Of a DNA stretch of 64,000 nucleotides, positions 52,584-61,709 are shown piece by piece. The stretch comes from Desulfobacteraceae bacterium. Lineage in GTDB: Bacteria; Desulfobacterota; Desulfobacteria; Desulfobacterales; JAABSP01. Both the position numbers and the translations under genes were made by a program. Location of the stretch: assembly GCA_011390345.1 (NCBI GenBank), contig JAABSP010000012.1:7846-71845 (forward strand). The letters are read 5' to 3'. The notes beneath the pieces are model-generated. The model was given only the letters and a program-made list of their open reading frames with translations, was not told the origin of the DNA and made no database searches. Each line of letters begins with the position of its first letter. Position 1 is the stretch's first letter.

Positions 52584-54337
52584 CAGACAACGATAAACCG
52601 ATCCAGCGGGAAACCTTCGACGATTTCAACTACCCTCTTCCCATGGAATATCTTCTGGAGCTGGAGGATACTTCGGCAAGCTCCGGATATTTCGGCTGCG
52701 TCCCAAAGGAAGAGCGGGTTTTCAGCGCGGGGCTGGCCTATTTAAGAGAACGGCCCTATGATGAGTTTCTCCATAAAAGGCTCCTCAATGCAATGCAGGT
52801 GCTGCCCCAGAGCCGGATCGTGGAGTGGATCAAGGAGACCGGGCCGGGCGCGGAAAAGGAGGCGGACAAGGTCTTCCGGGCCATGCTCTATGAAGCCTGT
52901 ATCCTCTACGAGCGATTCAATCCCCTGCTGTGGCGCTTCAAGGCCGAAGAGATCGAAGAACTTGCGGCCCATACGCCGCTGGTCTATATCAAATCGGTCA
53001 ATATGCCGGATCATGAGCTGCACCTGCAGTGGATGGGGGCGTTTGCAGGAAACATCGGAAAGCACCAGCTCCTGCCGAAATCTGCCGATGCCGGGGTCTC
53101 CTTTCCGGTATCGGATGAGGCCATCAAAGCCGCAGAGGGTATCGTTCCGGTGCAAAAGATCCGGCTTCAATTCAAAAGCGATGAGAAGATCATGGCCTGT
53201 GCGCCCCAGCCCCCGGAAACCGTGGCGCAGGAGGCGATCACCCGGCTGGAGCGGATGGGTGTTCTGGAAGGACCCGAGATGCGCCACATGACCTCCCTTT
53301 CTCCGATGGGGCTTCTCCGGAAATGGCATATGGGGCTTCGGGTGGTCAACGGCCGCCTCGACTATCTTCTCTCGGGAATCCAGACCTCCTATGGCCGGGG
53401 GATCGACGAGAATTCGGCCCGGGCCTCCTGCGCGATGGAGGTGGCCGAGCGGGTCTCCTCTTTTGCCGGCATCGGGGATCAGGGGGTGCTGGATCGGACC
53501 TATACCTATCCCCTCACCCATGCCCGGTACAGCAGACTGAAAAATGACGGGATCGAGGCCCTGGACCCGAACCGGCTCCATCTGGAGGCCCCATACCATG
53601 ACGAGCCCCTCTACTGGATCTCCGGAGAGCGGGCACACGGGACCGCGGTTCTGGTGCCGGCCCAGTGCGTCTTTCTCTTTGCCAACCTGGATGAAATCTC
53701 CCTCTTCTCCGGGCTCGGCTCAACAGGGCTGGCCTCGGGAACCACGTTGACAGGGGCCAAGGTGAGCGCGCTGCTGGAGTGCATCGAGCGGGATGCCGAG
53801 GGAACCACGCCCTTTCATCTGGAGGGTTGCTTTATCCTGGAAACCGATGATCCCGAGATCTCAAAACTTCTTGGGGAATACCGGGAAAAGGGGGTGCAGG
53901 TCTGGTTTCAGGAAATCACCTCGGCCTTTGGGGTTCCCTGCTTTAAATCCTTTGTGATCGGCCCAGACGGCGAGATTGCAAAGGGTGTGGGCGCGCATCT
54001 CAACGGCCGGCGGGCGCTTCTCTCCGCGATGACCGAAACGCCCTACCCTTTTCCGTCGGGGCCCCCCTCACTGCCGGGGCCGCCCGATCTTCCGGCTCGA
54101 AAACTGGAGGATCTGCCGGACTTCTCCACGGGCCGTGCCGAGACCGATCTTCAGCTTCTGGAGGCGCTGCTGACGGAAAACCGCGCCGCGCCCATATATG
54201 TGGAGATCACCCGGACAGACCTCTCCATTCCCGTTGTCCGAGCCATTGTTCCGGGGCTTGCCCTGTCTGCCGATTTTGACCGCTTCTCCAGGGTTCACCC
54301 CCGGCTCTTTGCCAACTATCTCAGGATGTACGGGTAA
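52580..54337 (+). CDS. YcaO-domain protein with ~210-aa unassigned N-terminal domain
   Basis: The YcaO core is SYGRGIDENSARASCAMEVAERVSSFAG...GLASGTTLTGAKVSALLECIERDA...FGVPCF... The ATG overlaps the tatC stop (ATGA at 52580..52583). Confidence 0.88.
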   Translation: MTDNDKPIQRETFDDFNYPLPMEYLLELEDTSASSGYFGCVPKEERVFSAGLAYLRERPYDEFLHKRLLNAMQVLPQSRIVEWIKETGPGAEKEADKVFRAMLYEACILYERFNPLLWRFKAEEIEELAAHTPLVYIKSVNMPDHELHLQWMGAFAGNIGKHQLLPKSADAGVSFPVSDEAIKAAEGIVPVQKIRLQFKSDEKIMACAPQPPETVAQEAITRLERMGVLEGPEMRHMTSLSPMGLLRKWHMGLRVVNGRLDYLLSGIQTSYGRGIDENSARASCAMEVAERVSSFAGIGDQGVLDRTYTYPLTHARYSRLKNDGIEALDPNRLHLEAPYHDEPLYWISGERAHGTAVLVPAQCVFLFANLDEISLFSGLGSTGLASGTTLTGAKVSALLECIERDAEGTTPFHLEGCFILETDDPEISKLLGEYREKGVQVWFQEITSAFGVPCFKSFVIGPDGEIAKGVGAHLNGRRALLSAMTETPYPFPSGPPSLPGPPDLPARKLEDLPDFSTGRAETDLQLLEALLTENRAAPIYVEITRTDLSIPVVRAIVPGLALSADFDRFSRVHPRLFANYLRMYG

Positions 54338-54352
54338 AAACAGGTTCTGAAG

Positions 54353-54907
54353 ATGGACCTGCCTCTCCCCCCTCCCCTGCGGACCCGCTGGTGCGTGATC
54401 ACGGGCGCGCCCTGTTCCGGAAAGACCACGGTGATCGACATCCTCGCTCGCCAGGGTTTTCACACGGCTCTGGAGGAGGCCCGGGCATATATCGACGAGG
54501 AGTTGGACAAGGGCAGAACCATCGAGGAGATCCGATCGGACCTGCTCTCCTTCGAGCGAAACATTCTCCACCGGAAGATCCGATCCGAAGAGGGGCTTCC
54601 CCGGGAGGAGCGGGTCTTTCTGGACCGGGCCCTGCCGGACAGCGTCGCCTATTATCGAATGGACGGCCTGAACCCGGAAGAGCCGTTGGCTTTTGCCCGG
54701 AAATACCGGTATGAAAGGGTATTCTTCTTCGAACCGCTCAAATTCCAAAAGGATCGGGTCCGGGCAGAGGACGAGGAGCGGGCGCAAAAGCTGGACTGGC
54801 TCCTCAGTTCAGCCTATCACAGCCTCGGATACGATCTCATCCGGGTTCCGGTTGTGTCGATCCCGGACCGGGTGCGGCTCGTTCTGACGGCTCTAAACGA
54901 CGGATGA
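54353..54907 (+). CDS. AAA_28 / NadR-type small P-loop ATPase
   Basis: Walker A is ITGAPCSGKTT. The pattern ...FLDRALPDSVAYY..., ...RVFFFEPL... is typical of the AAA_28 family. Confidence 0.7.
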   Translation: MDLPLPPPLRTRWCVITGAPCSGKTTVIDILARQGFHTALEEARAYIDEELDKGRTIEEIRSDLLSFERNILHRKIRSEEGLPREERVFLDRALPDSVAYYRMDGLNPEEPLAFARKYRYERVFFFEPLKFQKDRVRAEDEERAQKLDWLLSSAYHSLGYDLIRVPVVSIPDRVRLVLTALNDG

Positions 54908-55067
54908 TGAAAAATAGACCCATTTTTAGAGATGGTGACAAATCTCGCTGCCAACAAGAGGAGTGGCAATCTGCGGAAAAGGGGGCCACGGAGGATTATC
55001 TGGCCGGAAAAACCGAATCTTCACCAAGTATCGAGGAGATGTTTCGGCGAATTGAGAGGTGTACCGA

Positions 55068-55096
55068 TTGACAAAACTCTCCCTGTTCATTAGGAT
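55068..55096 (+). promoter_or_regulatory. sigma70-like promoter for ilvA (TTGACA-17 nt-TAGGAT)
   Basis: The sequence is gaTTGACAaaactctccctgttcatTAGGATc, 46 nt upstream of the ilvA ATG. The RBS AAAGGAGG lies at 55127. Confidence 0.4.
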
Positions 55097-55141
55097 CATT
55101 AAGATTATGAGAGATTTGCGAAAAAAGGAGGTTTTCTGCGG

Positions 55142-56347
55142 ATGGTAAATCTTGAAGCCATCCAAGAGGCTGCATCGCTTCTAAAGGGCCGGATCTTTCG
55201 GACCCCCGTGGTCCACTCCCCCACTCTGAGCCGAACCTTTGGCGGCAGCATCTTTCTAAAGCTCGAAAATCTCCAGCGAACCGGCTCTTTCAAGATTCGC
55301 GGCGCAACCTGCAAGATGGCAATGGCCGCGGAAAAAATCGGCTCTGCAGGCGTGGTCGCGGCCTCTGCGGGCAATCATGCCCAGGGGGTGGCTCTGGCAG
55401 CAAAGGAGGCAGGATTTCCTGCAACCATCGTCATGCCTGAATGGGCCTCCATCTCCAAGCAGGAGGCCACCCGGGGCTATGGGGGCGAGGTGATCCTTTA
55501 CGGCCAGAGCATCGAAGAGAGCCTTGAAAAGGCGCACTCTCTTTCCCAAGAGGGCGGGGTATTTATCCATCCCTTTGATGATCCGGAGATCGTCGCCGGC
55601 CAGGGGACCATCGGGCTGGAGATTTTAGAGGAGGTGAAGGATGCGGATCTGCTGATCGTTCCGATCGGCGGGGGCGGCCTCATCTCCGGCATCGCGGCTG
55701 CTGCAAAGGCCATCCGACCCAAGATCCGCGTGATCGGCGTACAGACCGGCATCTGCCCCTCGGCCTATGAATCCCGGCGTCTGGGGCGGCGGATCGAGGT
55801 GTCGTCAGGGGCTTCCATTGCAGACGGCATCTCTGTCAAGCAGATCGGCGAGTGCAACTATTCCCTCATTGAAAAGCATGTGGACGAGATCGTCCTTGTC
55901 GGTGAGGAAGGGATCGCAGCGGCCCTGCTGATGCTGCTGGAGCGGAAAAAAGTCCTCTCAGAAGGGGCCGGCGCGGTCCCCCTGGCCGCGCTCATCGAGG
56001 GAAAAATCTCCATCTCTGCGGCGGAGAAGGCGGTTCTGGTCATCAGCGGCGGCAATGTTGACAGCCCCCTGCTGGGAAGGATCATCAACCGGGGGCTGCT
56101 TCGAAACGGCCGGATCATGCGGGTCTGCGTGACCCTGAGCGACACCCCCGGCTCTCTGGCAAAGCTGCTGGGACGGGTGGCGCAGCTTAAGGCCAATGTT
56201 CTCCACATCTATCACGACCGGAACCGGGAGAACCTGCCCATCAACAGCACCTGCGTGGAGCTGGAACTGGAGACCCGGAGCAGCAATCATATCGACGCGC
56301 TTCGGCGGGAACTGCAGCTCTCGGGCTATGCCATTCAAACCCTGTAA
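55142..56347 (+). CDS. ilvA: threonine ammonia-lyase (short form with single C-terminal ACT-like domain)
   Basis: LENLQRTGSFKIRGA contains the PLP-Lys. Also present are SAGNHAQGVA and GGGGLISG, plus a C-terminal regulatory domain. Confidence 0.92.
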   Translation: MVNLEAIQEAASLLKGRIFRTPVVHSPTLSRTFGGSIFLKLENLQRTGSFKIRGATCKMAMAAEKIGSAGVVAASAGNHAQGVALAAKEAGFPATIVMPEWASISKQEATRGYGGEVILYGQSIEESLEKAHSLSQEGGVFIHPFDDPEIVAGQGTIGLEILEEVKDADLLIVPIGGGGLISGIAAAAKAIRPKIRVIGVQTGICPSAYESRRLGRRIEVSSGASIADGISVKQIGECNYSLIEKHVDEIVLVGEEGIAAALLMLLERKKVLSEGAGAVPLAALIEGKISISAAEKAVLVISGGNVDSPLLGRIINRGLLRNGRIMRVCVTLSDTPGSLAKLLGRVAQLKANVLHIYHDRNRENLPINSTCVELELETRSSNHIDALRRELQLSGYAIQTL

Positions 56348-56352
56348 AACTT

Positions 56353-57030
56353 ATGGAACAAATGGAGGATGTTTTGAAATCCATCGCCAAACCCATCATT
56401 TCCCTTCTCACCCTGCTCGTCCTTCTGCTGCTCTTTACGGGATGCCAGAAGACCTATTACGCGTTCTGGGAGAAGCTCGGCAAGGAGAAGCGCCACCTGC
56501 TAAAAGACAATGTGGAGGATGCCAAGGACGCGCAGGAGGAGGCATCCGAGGAGTTCAAGGAGGTGCTGACCCGGATCAAGGAGATCTACGGATTCGAAGG
56601 CGGAGAGCTGGAGGAATTCTACGTTCAGTTGAAGAGCGATTACGAGGGCGCCCAGAATCGGGCACAGGCCGTCAGAGCCCGGATCAAGGAGGCTGAGGCG
56701 ATCGCGGGAGACCTCTTTGCGGAGTGGGAGGCCGAGATCGAGCGGATGGACAACGCCAAATTCCGGGCCAACAGCCGGGAATCCCTGCGCGAGACCCGCA
56801 GACGCTTTCAAAACCTCCACAAGACCATGACCAAAGCCCAGGCCAAAATGACTCCGGTGCTGGACGAGCTGGAGGATTATGTACTCTATCTGAAGCACAA
56901 CCTGAACGCCAGGGCCATCGGAGTACTTCGGCAGGAGGCCGCTGGCATCGAGATCGAAGTCCAGTCCCTGATCGACGATATCCGCAGCTCGGTTCAGGAG
57001 GCCGATGAATTCCTGAAGTCGATGGAATAG
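56353..57030 (+). CDS. DUF2959-family lipoprotein
   Basis: The lipobox is LLFTGC. It is followed by YYAFWEKLGKEKRHLL.DNVEDA and a helical body typical of DUF2959. Confidence 0.7.
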   Translation: MEQMEDVLKSIAKPIISLLTLLVLLLLFTGCQKTYYAFWEKLGKEKRHLLKDNVEDAKDAQEEASEEFKEVLTRIKEIYGFEGGELEEFYVQLKSDYEGAQNRAQAVRARIKEAEAIAGDLFAEWEAEIERMDNAKFRANSRESLRETRRRFQNLHKTMTKAQAKMTPVLDELEDYVLYLKHNLNARAIGVLRQEAAGIEIEVQSLIDDIRSSVQEADEFLKSME

Positions 57031-57696
57031 ATGGCAATAGACGATCCCAAAGATCCGATCCTGATCCTGGCGTCCCAGTCCCCCCGGCGACGCTATCTGC
57101 TGGAACAGGCTGGGCTTTCCTTTTCGGTAATTCCCAGCCGTTTCGACGAGGAGGCCGTTCCCTTCAAACCCGGGGATGCGCCCGAAGACTATGTCCGGAA
57201 GCTGGCCCAGGGAAAGGCCCTCGAGGTATCTGCCCGATACCCCCGCAGTTGGATCATCGGCGCGGACACAACAGTCATGATCCAAGGCAAAAACCTGGGG
57301 AAGCCTTCTTCGAATGCAGAAGCCTTTGAAATGCTCAAACAGCTCAGCGGCGAGACCCATGAAGTTCATACCGGATTCTGCATCTGTTCGGAGAGCGCGG
57401 AAAAGCGGTTTTCCCAATCCGTTCGAACCGAAGTGCTTTTCAAAGAGCTGACCCATGCCGAGATCGACTGGTACATCAAGACCGGCGAGCCCTTTGACAA
57501 AGCCGGTGGATACGGCATACAGGGAGTCGGGATTATTCTGGTGAGAAGCATCAACGGCTCCTACACCAACGTGGTGGGGCTGCCGGTCTGCGAGGTGATC
57601 GAGACCCTGATCCGGGAGGGGATTGCGGGATTCTGCAGCGGGAACGGCTTTGATCTGAACCGGCCCGAAAATGTCTCTTCCGGAGCGTTCGGATAA
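57031..57696 (+). CDS. maf: Maf-family nucleoside triphosphate pyrophosphatase
   Basis: ILASQSPRRRYLLEQAG...IGADT...KAGGYGIQG. Confidence 0.92.
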   Translation: MAIDDPKDPILILASQSPRRRYLLEQAGLSFSVIPSRFDEEAVPFKPGDAPEDYVRKLAQGKALEVSARYPRSWIIGADTTVMIQGKNLGKPSSNAEAFEMLKQLSGETHEVHTGFCICSESAEKRFSQSVRTEVLFKELTHAEIDWYIKTGEPFDKAGGYGIQGVGIILVRSINGSYTNVVGLPVCEVIETLIREGIAGFCSGNGFDLNRPENVSSGAFG

Positions 57697-57905
57697 TCGT
57701 AAATTTAAGTAAAAATCGTAAATATCAAAAATTTAAAAATGTTACAAAACATGAAGTTTGGAAAGCTTGAAAAAGCATGGCGAACCTATACCTCCGTCAA
57801 TATACGAAAAAAATCGATTATCAAACGAAATCTTGCGTGGATGGTGATTTGTGGCTGGTGGTTAAGCGTTTTATTACAGGCAAAAAAACAGTTATAAAAA
57901 GTTAA

Positions 57906-58220
57906 ATGTTTAAAACAATTAAGTATATAAGGAATGAAGTAAAAAACGAAACATATGAGATATCAATTCACGCAGATGATGAAAGGCTGAATGATGAACT
58001 TACAATCGAAGATATTGAGTATGTTTTGAATAATTGTGAAATTATCGAAAAATATCCGTCTGATAAAAGAGGAGAAAGCTGTCTGATTTACGGTGATACC
58101 CCGGGAAGTTTGCCAGTTCATATTGTATGTGGCAAAAACTCGCTGAATCATCTGTTTATTATTACAGTTTATATTCCTAAGATGCCAAAATGGAAGAATC
58201 CTCGTGTCAGAAACCGATAG
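57906..58220 (+). CDS. DUF4258-domain toxin-like protein
   Basis: 104 aa. The pattern ISIHADDERL...ITIEDIEYVLNNCEIIEKYP.D.RGESCLIYG...LHIVC......IITVY.P matches DUF4258. The gene lies in an AT-rich islet. Confidence 0.75.
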   Translation: MFKTIKYIRNEVKNETYEISIHADDERLNDELTIEDIEYVLNNCEIIEKYPSDKRGESCLIYGDTPGSLPVHIVCGKNSLNHLFIITVYIPKMPKWKNPRVRNR

Positions 58221-58229
58221 ATAAGAGAG

Positions 58230-58484
58230 GTGGCAATGAGTGAATACAGTGACTGCTATTATTGCAGAGGGGTGGTTAAAGAACAGAATATTTCTCGTGA
58301 GATCTGGTGGAAAGGTAATCTCTATATTTTTGAGAATGTCCCTGTCGGAGTATGTATTCAATGTGGTGAAAAAGTAATAAAACCTAAAACAGCAAAGCAG
58401 ATTGATAACATGCTTAAAATGGAAACGGAACCTCATAAAATGATAAAGGTTCCGGTATTTGAATATGGCTTAAAACCCGTATAA
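58230..58484 (+). CDS. YgiT-type (MqsA N-terminal-like) zinc-finger antitoxin-like protein
   Basis: CYYC...16 aa...ENVPVGVCIQCGEKV is a four-Cys zinc ribbon. The gene starts 9 nt after the DUF4258 gene. Confidence 0.75.
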   Translation: MAMSEYSDCYYCRGVVKEQNISREIWWKGNLYIFENVPVGVCIQCGEKVIKPKTAKQIDNMLKMETEPHKMIKVPVFEYGLKPV

Positions 58485-58525
58485 AGGGCATGTAGAGCTA
58501 CATCTCAAAATTGAACCATAGGAAA

Positions 58526-59212
58526 ATGATTGAACATAATCTCGCAGCCATTGAAGAACGCATCAGGGCCGCGGCCATCGAATCCGGAAGAGATCCGGAC
58601 GAGATCCGGCTGATCGCGGTTTCAAAGACCGTGCCTGCGGAAAGGGTGAGGGAGGCGGTCCAGGCCGGGGCGCATACACTGGGGGAAAACTACATCCAGG
58701 AGACCAGGGAAAAGGTCGAAGCGCTCAAAGAGACCCCGGCATCCTGGCACTTCATCGGCCATTTACAGACCAACAAGGCCAAGTATGTGGTGAGATTCGC
58801 GGATCTGATCCATTCCGTTGATCGGATCAAGCTGGCGGCCGAATTGGACAAACAGGCCAATAAGCTCGGAAAAATCCAGCCGATCCTGATCCAGGTAAAT
58901 GTGAGCGGCGAAGCCACCAAATCGGGAACTGCCCCCGAAGACCTGAGAGAACTGCTTCAGGAAGCCTCTCAGCTCCCCAATATTTCGATCCAGGGGTTTA
59001 TGACCCTGCCCCCTTTCTTCGACGACCCAAAACGGGCTCGCCCCTATTTCCGAAGACTTGCCGAATTGAGAGATGAGATGGCCGCATTGAATATTGAAAA
59101 CATATCCGTCAAAGAGCTTTCCATGGGCATGACCGGCGACTTCGAAGCAGCCATCGCAGAGGGTGCTACAATGGTGCGCATCGGCACCGCGATCTTCGGG
59201 GCCCGGGCATGA
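58526..59212 (+). CDS. yggS: YggS-family pyridoxal-phosphate homeostasis protein
   Basis: LIAVSKT contains the PLP-Lys. Also present are ...GENYIQE..., WHFIGHLQTNK and LSMGMTGDFEAAI..G.T.VRIGTAIFG. ATG 58526 is preferred over the TTG at 58511. Confidence 0.9.
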   Translation: MIEHNLAAIEERIRAAAIESGRDPDEIRLIAVSKTVPAERVREAVQAGAHTLGENYIQETREKVEALKETPASWHFIGHLQTNKAKYVVRFADLIHSVDRIKLAAELDKQANKLGKIQPILIQVNVSGEATKSGTAPEDLRELLQEASQLPNISIQGFMTLPPFFDDPKRARPYFRRLAELRDEMAALNIENISVKELSMGMTGDFEAAIAEGATMVRIGTAIFGARA

Positions 59213-59742
59213 AGCTCCTACTTCACACCTGTTGCGGCCCCTGCACCATCTACCCGCTCGATGTCCTGCGAAAGGAGGGGATGGAGGTGATGGGCTTCTT
59301 CTACCGCCACAATATCCACCCCTACACCGAATGCCAAAGGAGAGAGGAGACCCTCCTCGATTATGCCGCGTCCGTAGATTTCAAGGTGATCGTCCATAAG
59401 GGGTACGAGCTGGAGGAATTCCTCCGGCGGGTTGTCTTCCGGGAGTCCCACCGCTGCCGGATCTGCTACCACGAACGGCTGACGGCAACAGCGCTGACGG
59501 CCAAGCGGGGAAAGTTCGACGCCTTCTCCACTACGCTCCTCTACAGCAAATTCCAGCAGCACGACCTCATCCGGGAGATCGGCGAGGCGGCCGGAAAATC
59601 AGCCGGAGTTCCCTTTCACTATCAGGACTTCCGGGAGGGCTGGAAAACGGGAATCGAGGCATCCAAACGGCTGGGGCTCTACAGGCAACAGTACTGCGGC
59701 TGCATCTACAGCGAAAAAGAACGCTACTTCAACCGCGAATAG
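59209..59742 (+). CDS. queH: epoxyqueuosine reductase QueH (DUF208)
   Basis: LLLHTCCGPC...CRICYHERL...YCGCIYS are the conserved Cys clusters of QueH. The gene overlaps yggS by 4 nt. Confidence 0.9.
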   Translation: MKLLLHTCCGPCTIYPLDVLRKEGMEVMGFFYRHNIHPYTECQRREETLLDYAASVDFKVIVHKGYELEEFLRRVVFRESHRCRICYHERLTATALTAKRGKFDAFSTTLLYSKFQQHDLIREIGEAAGKSAGVPFHYQDFREGWKTGIEASKRLGLYRQQYCGCIYSEKERYFNRE

Positions 59743-59759
59743 ATCCTGCTTATATTTTT

Positions 59760-61652
59760 ATGTTCGGTAACTTCATATACTTCATCATCGTCCTGCTGAT
59801 CTACACCACCTATCAGCCGACCCAGAAGACCAACTTCTCCCTTCCGGAGACCCTTGCCCTCTTCATATCGCTGACCGGGATCTTTACCCTGATCACCTGG
59901 GCACAGTTCCGGAGGCTGGAGTCACGCCTCTTTGACGAGAGCTTCTTTCGAATGGATCACCGGCTGGACCAGCGCTTCAACGGGATCATCACCCGGCAGT
60001 CGATCATGGCCATCGTTCTCTTTGCCATCAATATCTATCTGCTGGATCTCTCCTCCTTTCTCACCGGATATGCACTTCTGGCGGCCTTCCCGACCCTCAA
60101 GGCCCTGATCTTTCTGGGGCTTTTCATCGGATATCTGGCCATCGTCTGGTATTTCGCGCACCGGGTCTATCAGAAGCTCTATTCATCGGAACTCTCGGCC
60201 CGGGCCTATGTGATCTCCAACATCTCCTTTTCCATCCCGATCCTGCTGCCCTGGCTGCTCCTTTCGGGAGTCTCCGACATCATCTACTTTCTTCCCTTTG
60301 ACCTCCCCAAGCAGTTTCTCTCCACCACCGAAGGGGAAGTGATCTACTTCTTCGTCTTTCTGATCCTGGTCGCGGTTGCAGGCCCCCTGCTGATCCAGAA
60401 GTTCTGGCGGTGCCGGCCCGTGGAGCCGGGGATTGTCCGCCGGCGGATCGAATTAATCTGCGAAAAGGCAGATCTCGAGTATAAGGATATCCTCTACTGG
60501 CCCATCTTCGAGGGCCGGATGATCACGGCAGGCGTCATGGGGCTGGTGAAGCGGTTCCGCTACATCCTCGTGACCGATGCCCTGATCAGCCTTTTAAGAC
60601 CCGAAGAGGTGGATACGGTGATCGCGCACGAGATCGGCCACATCAAACGGAAGCATCTCCTCTTCTACCTCTTCTTCTTTGTGGGCTACATGCTGCTCAC
60701 CTACGCGACCTTCGACCTGATCATCTACGCGATCCTCTATGCCGAGCCCTTCTACCGCTTTATCAACGTCACCGGCTTCAATCAGACGGCCGTCACCTCA
60801 GCCCTCTTCACCATCATCACCATCACCATCTTTCTCATCTACTTCCGCTACATCTTCGGCTTTTTCATGCGAAACTTCGAGCGCCAGGCCGACACCTACG
60901 TCTATACGCTCTTCAACAGCGCAGTCCCGCTGATCACCACCTTCGAGAAGATCGCCTTCTCCAGCGGCCAGTCCCCGGACAAGCCGAACTGGCACCACTT
61001 CAGCATCACCCAGCGGATCGCTTTTTTAAAGAAATGCGAGATGGACCGCTCCTGGATCGACCGGCACGAGCGGAAGGTGAAAAGGGGGATCGGCGTCTAT
61101 GTTGCGGCCATGCTGATACTGGCCGGGATCGGATACCACCTCAACTACGGGGAGACCGGAGAGCGGCTCAATGCCCGATTTCTCGAGACCATCCTTTTGA
61201 GGGAGATCGAAAGAACCGGGGGCAATGCCAATCTCTACAGCATGCTGGGGGATCACTATTACCGCGGAAATGAGTACGGTGAAACAATCCGGGCCTATGA
61301 ACAGGCCATCCAGAAGAACCCCAAAAGCGCCCATGCTCTGAACAACCTGGCATGGCTCTACGCGACCTGCGAAGAGGAATCCTACAGAGATCCCCAACGG
61401 TCTCTTACCCTGGCCCAGGCGGCACTGGAAGTCCTCCACGCACCGTATATCCTCGATACCCTCGCACAGAGCTACTATGTCAACGGCCGGTACGACGATG
61501 CCATTATTGCCGGAAAAGCGGCCCTGGATGCAGCCGAGTCCAGGAAAGCCTACGATGAATATAAAAAACATCTCGAAATATTCTTGGACGCGGCAAAAAA
61601 AAAGAGACCCTACAAGCGGGCCTCTGATATGGATAAATCCGGCATAGAATAA
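59760..61652 (+). CDS. M48-family (HtpX/Ste24-like) membrane metalloprotease with C-terminal TPR domain
   Basis: Multiple TM helices. The HExxH motif is VIAHEIGHIKRKH and the downstream Glu region is NFERQAD. The TPR region is (YGETIRAYEQAIQKNPKSAHALNNLAWLYA...). Confidence 0.85.
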   Translation: MFGNFIYFIIVLLIYTTYQPTQKTNFSLPETLALFISLTGIFTLITWAQFRRLESRLFDESFFRMDHRLDQRFNGIITRQSIMAIVLFAINIYLLDLSSFLTGYALLAAFPTLKALIFLGLFIGYLAIVWYFAHRVYQKLYSSELSARAYVISNISFSIPILLPWLLLSGVSDIIYFLPFDLPKQFLSTTEGEVIYFFVFLILVAVAGPLLIQKFWRCRPVEPGIVRRRIELICEKADLEYKDILYWPIFEGRMITAGVMGLVKRFRYILVTDALISLLRPEEVDTVIAHEIGHIKRKHLLFYLFFFVGYMLLTYATFDLIIYAILYAEPFYRFINVTGFNQTAVTSALFTIITITIFLIYFRYIFGFFMRNFERQADTYVYTLFNSAVPLITTFEKIAFSSGQSPDKPNWHHFSITQRIAFLKKCEMDRSWIDRHERKVKRGIGVYVAAMLILAGIGYHLNYGETGERLNARFLETILLREIERTGGNANLYSMLGDHYYRGNEYGETIRAYEQAIQKNPKSAHALNNLAWLYATCEEESYRDPQRSLTLAQAALEVLHAPYILDTLAQSYYVNGRYDDAIIAGKAALDAAESRKAYDEYKKHLEIFLDAAKKKRPYKRASDMDKSGIE

Positions 61653-61709
61653 TCTGATGGAATAATCCGGGGAAAACCGAAAGAGAAATCCTTTTCCCGG
61701 TCCCGCGCT

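Noticed and set aside
55107-55148. 13-aa upstream ORF (MRDLRKKEVFCGW) overlapping the ilvA start, considered as a leader peptide attenuator
   Set aside because: It contains no run of Ile, Val, Leu or Thr codons, and no alternative terminator/antiterminator hairpins are visible. It also contains the ilvA RBS, so it is probably coincidental.
54926-55165. 79-aa minus-strand ORF and a 45-aa Arg-rich plus-strand ORF in the ATPase/ilvA intergenic region
   Set aside because: They have no RBS and low-complexity composition, and they overlap the predicted ilvA promoter. They are most likely non-coding.
61667-61700. Imperfect hairpin CCGGGGAAAA...TTTTCCCGG between the convergent M48 and GspE-like genes, and the AGCGCT...AGCGCT palindromes at about 32255-32295, as terminators
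   Set aside because: The stems are short or bulged with large loops and no clean U-tract. They are plausible but not supportable by eye.
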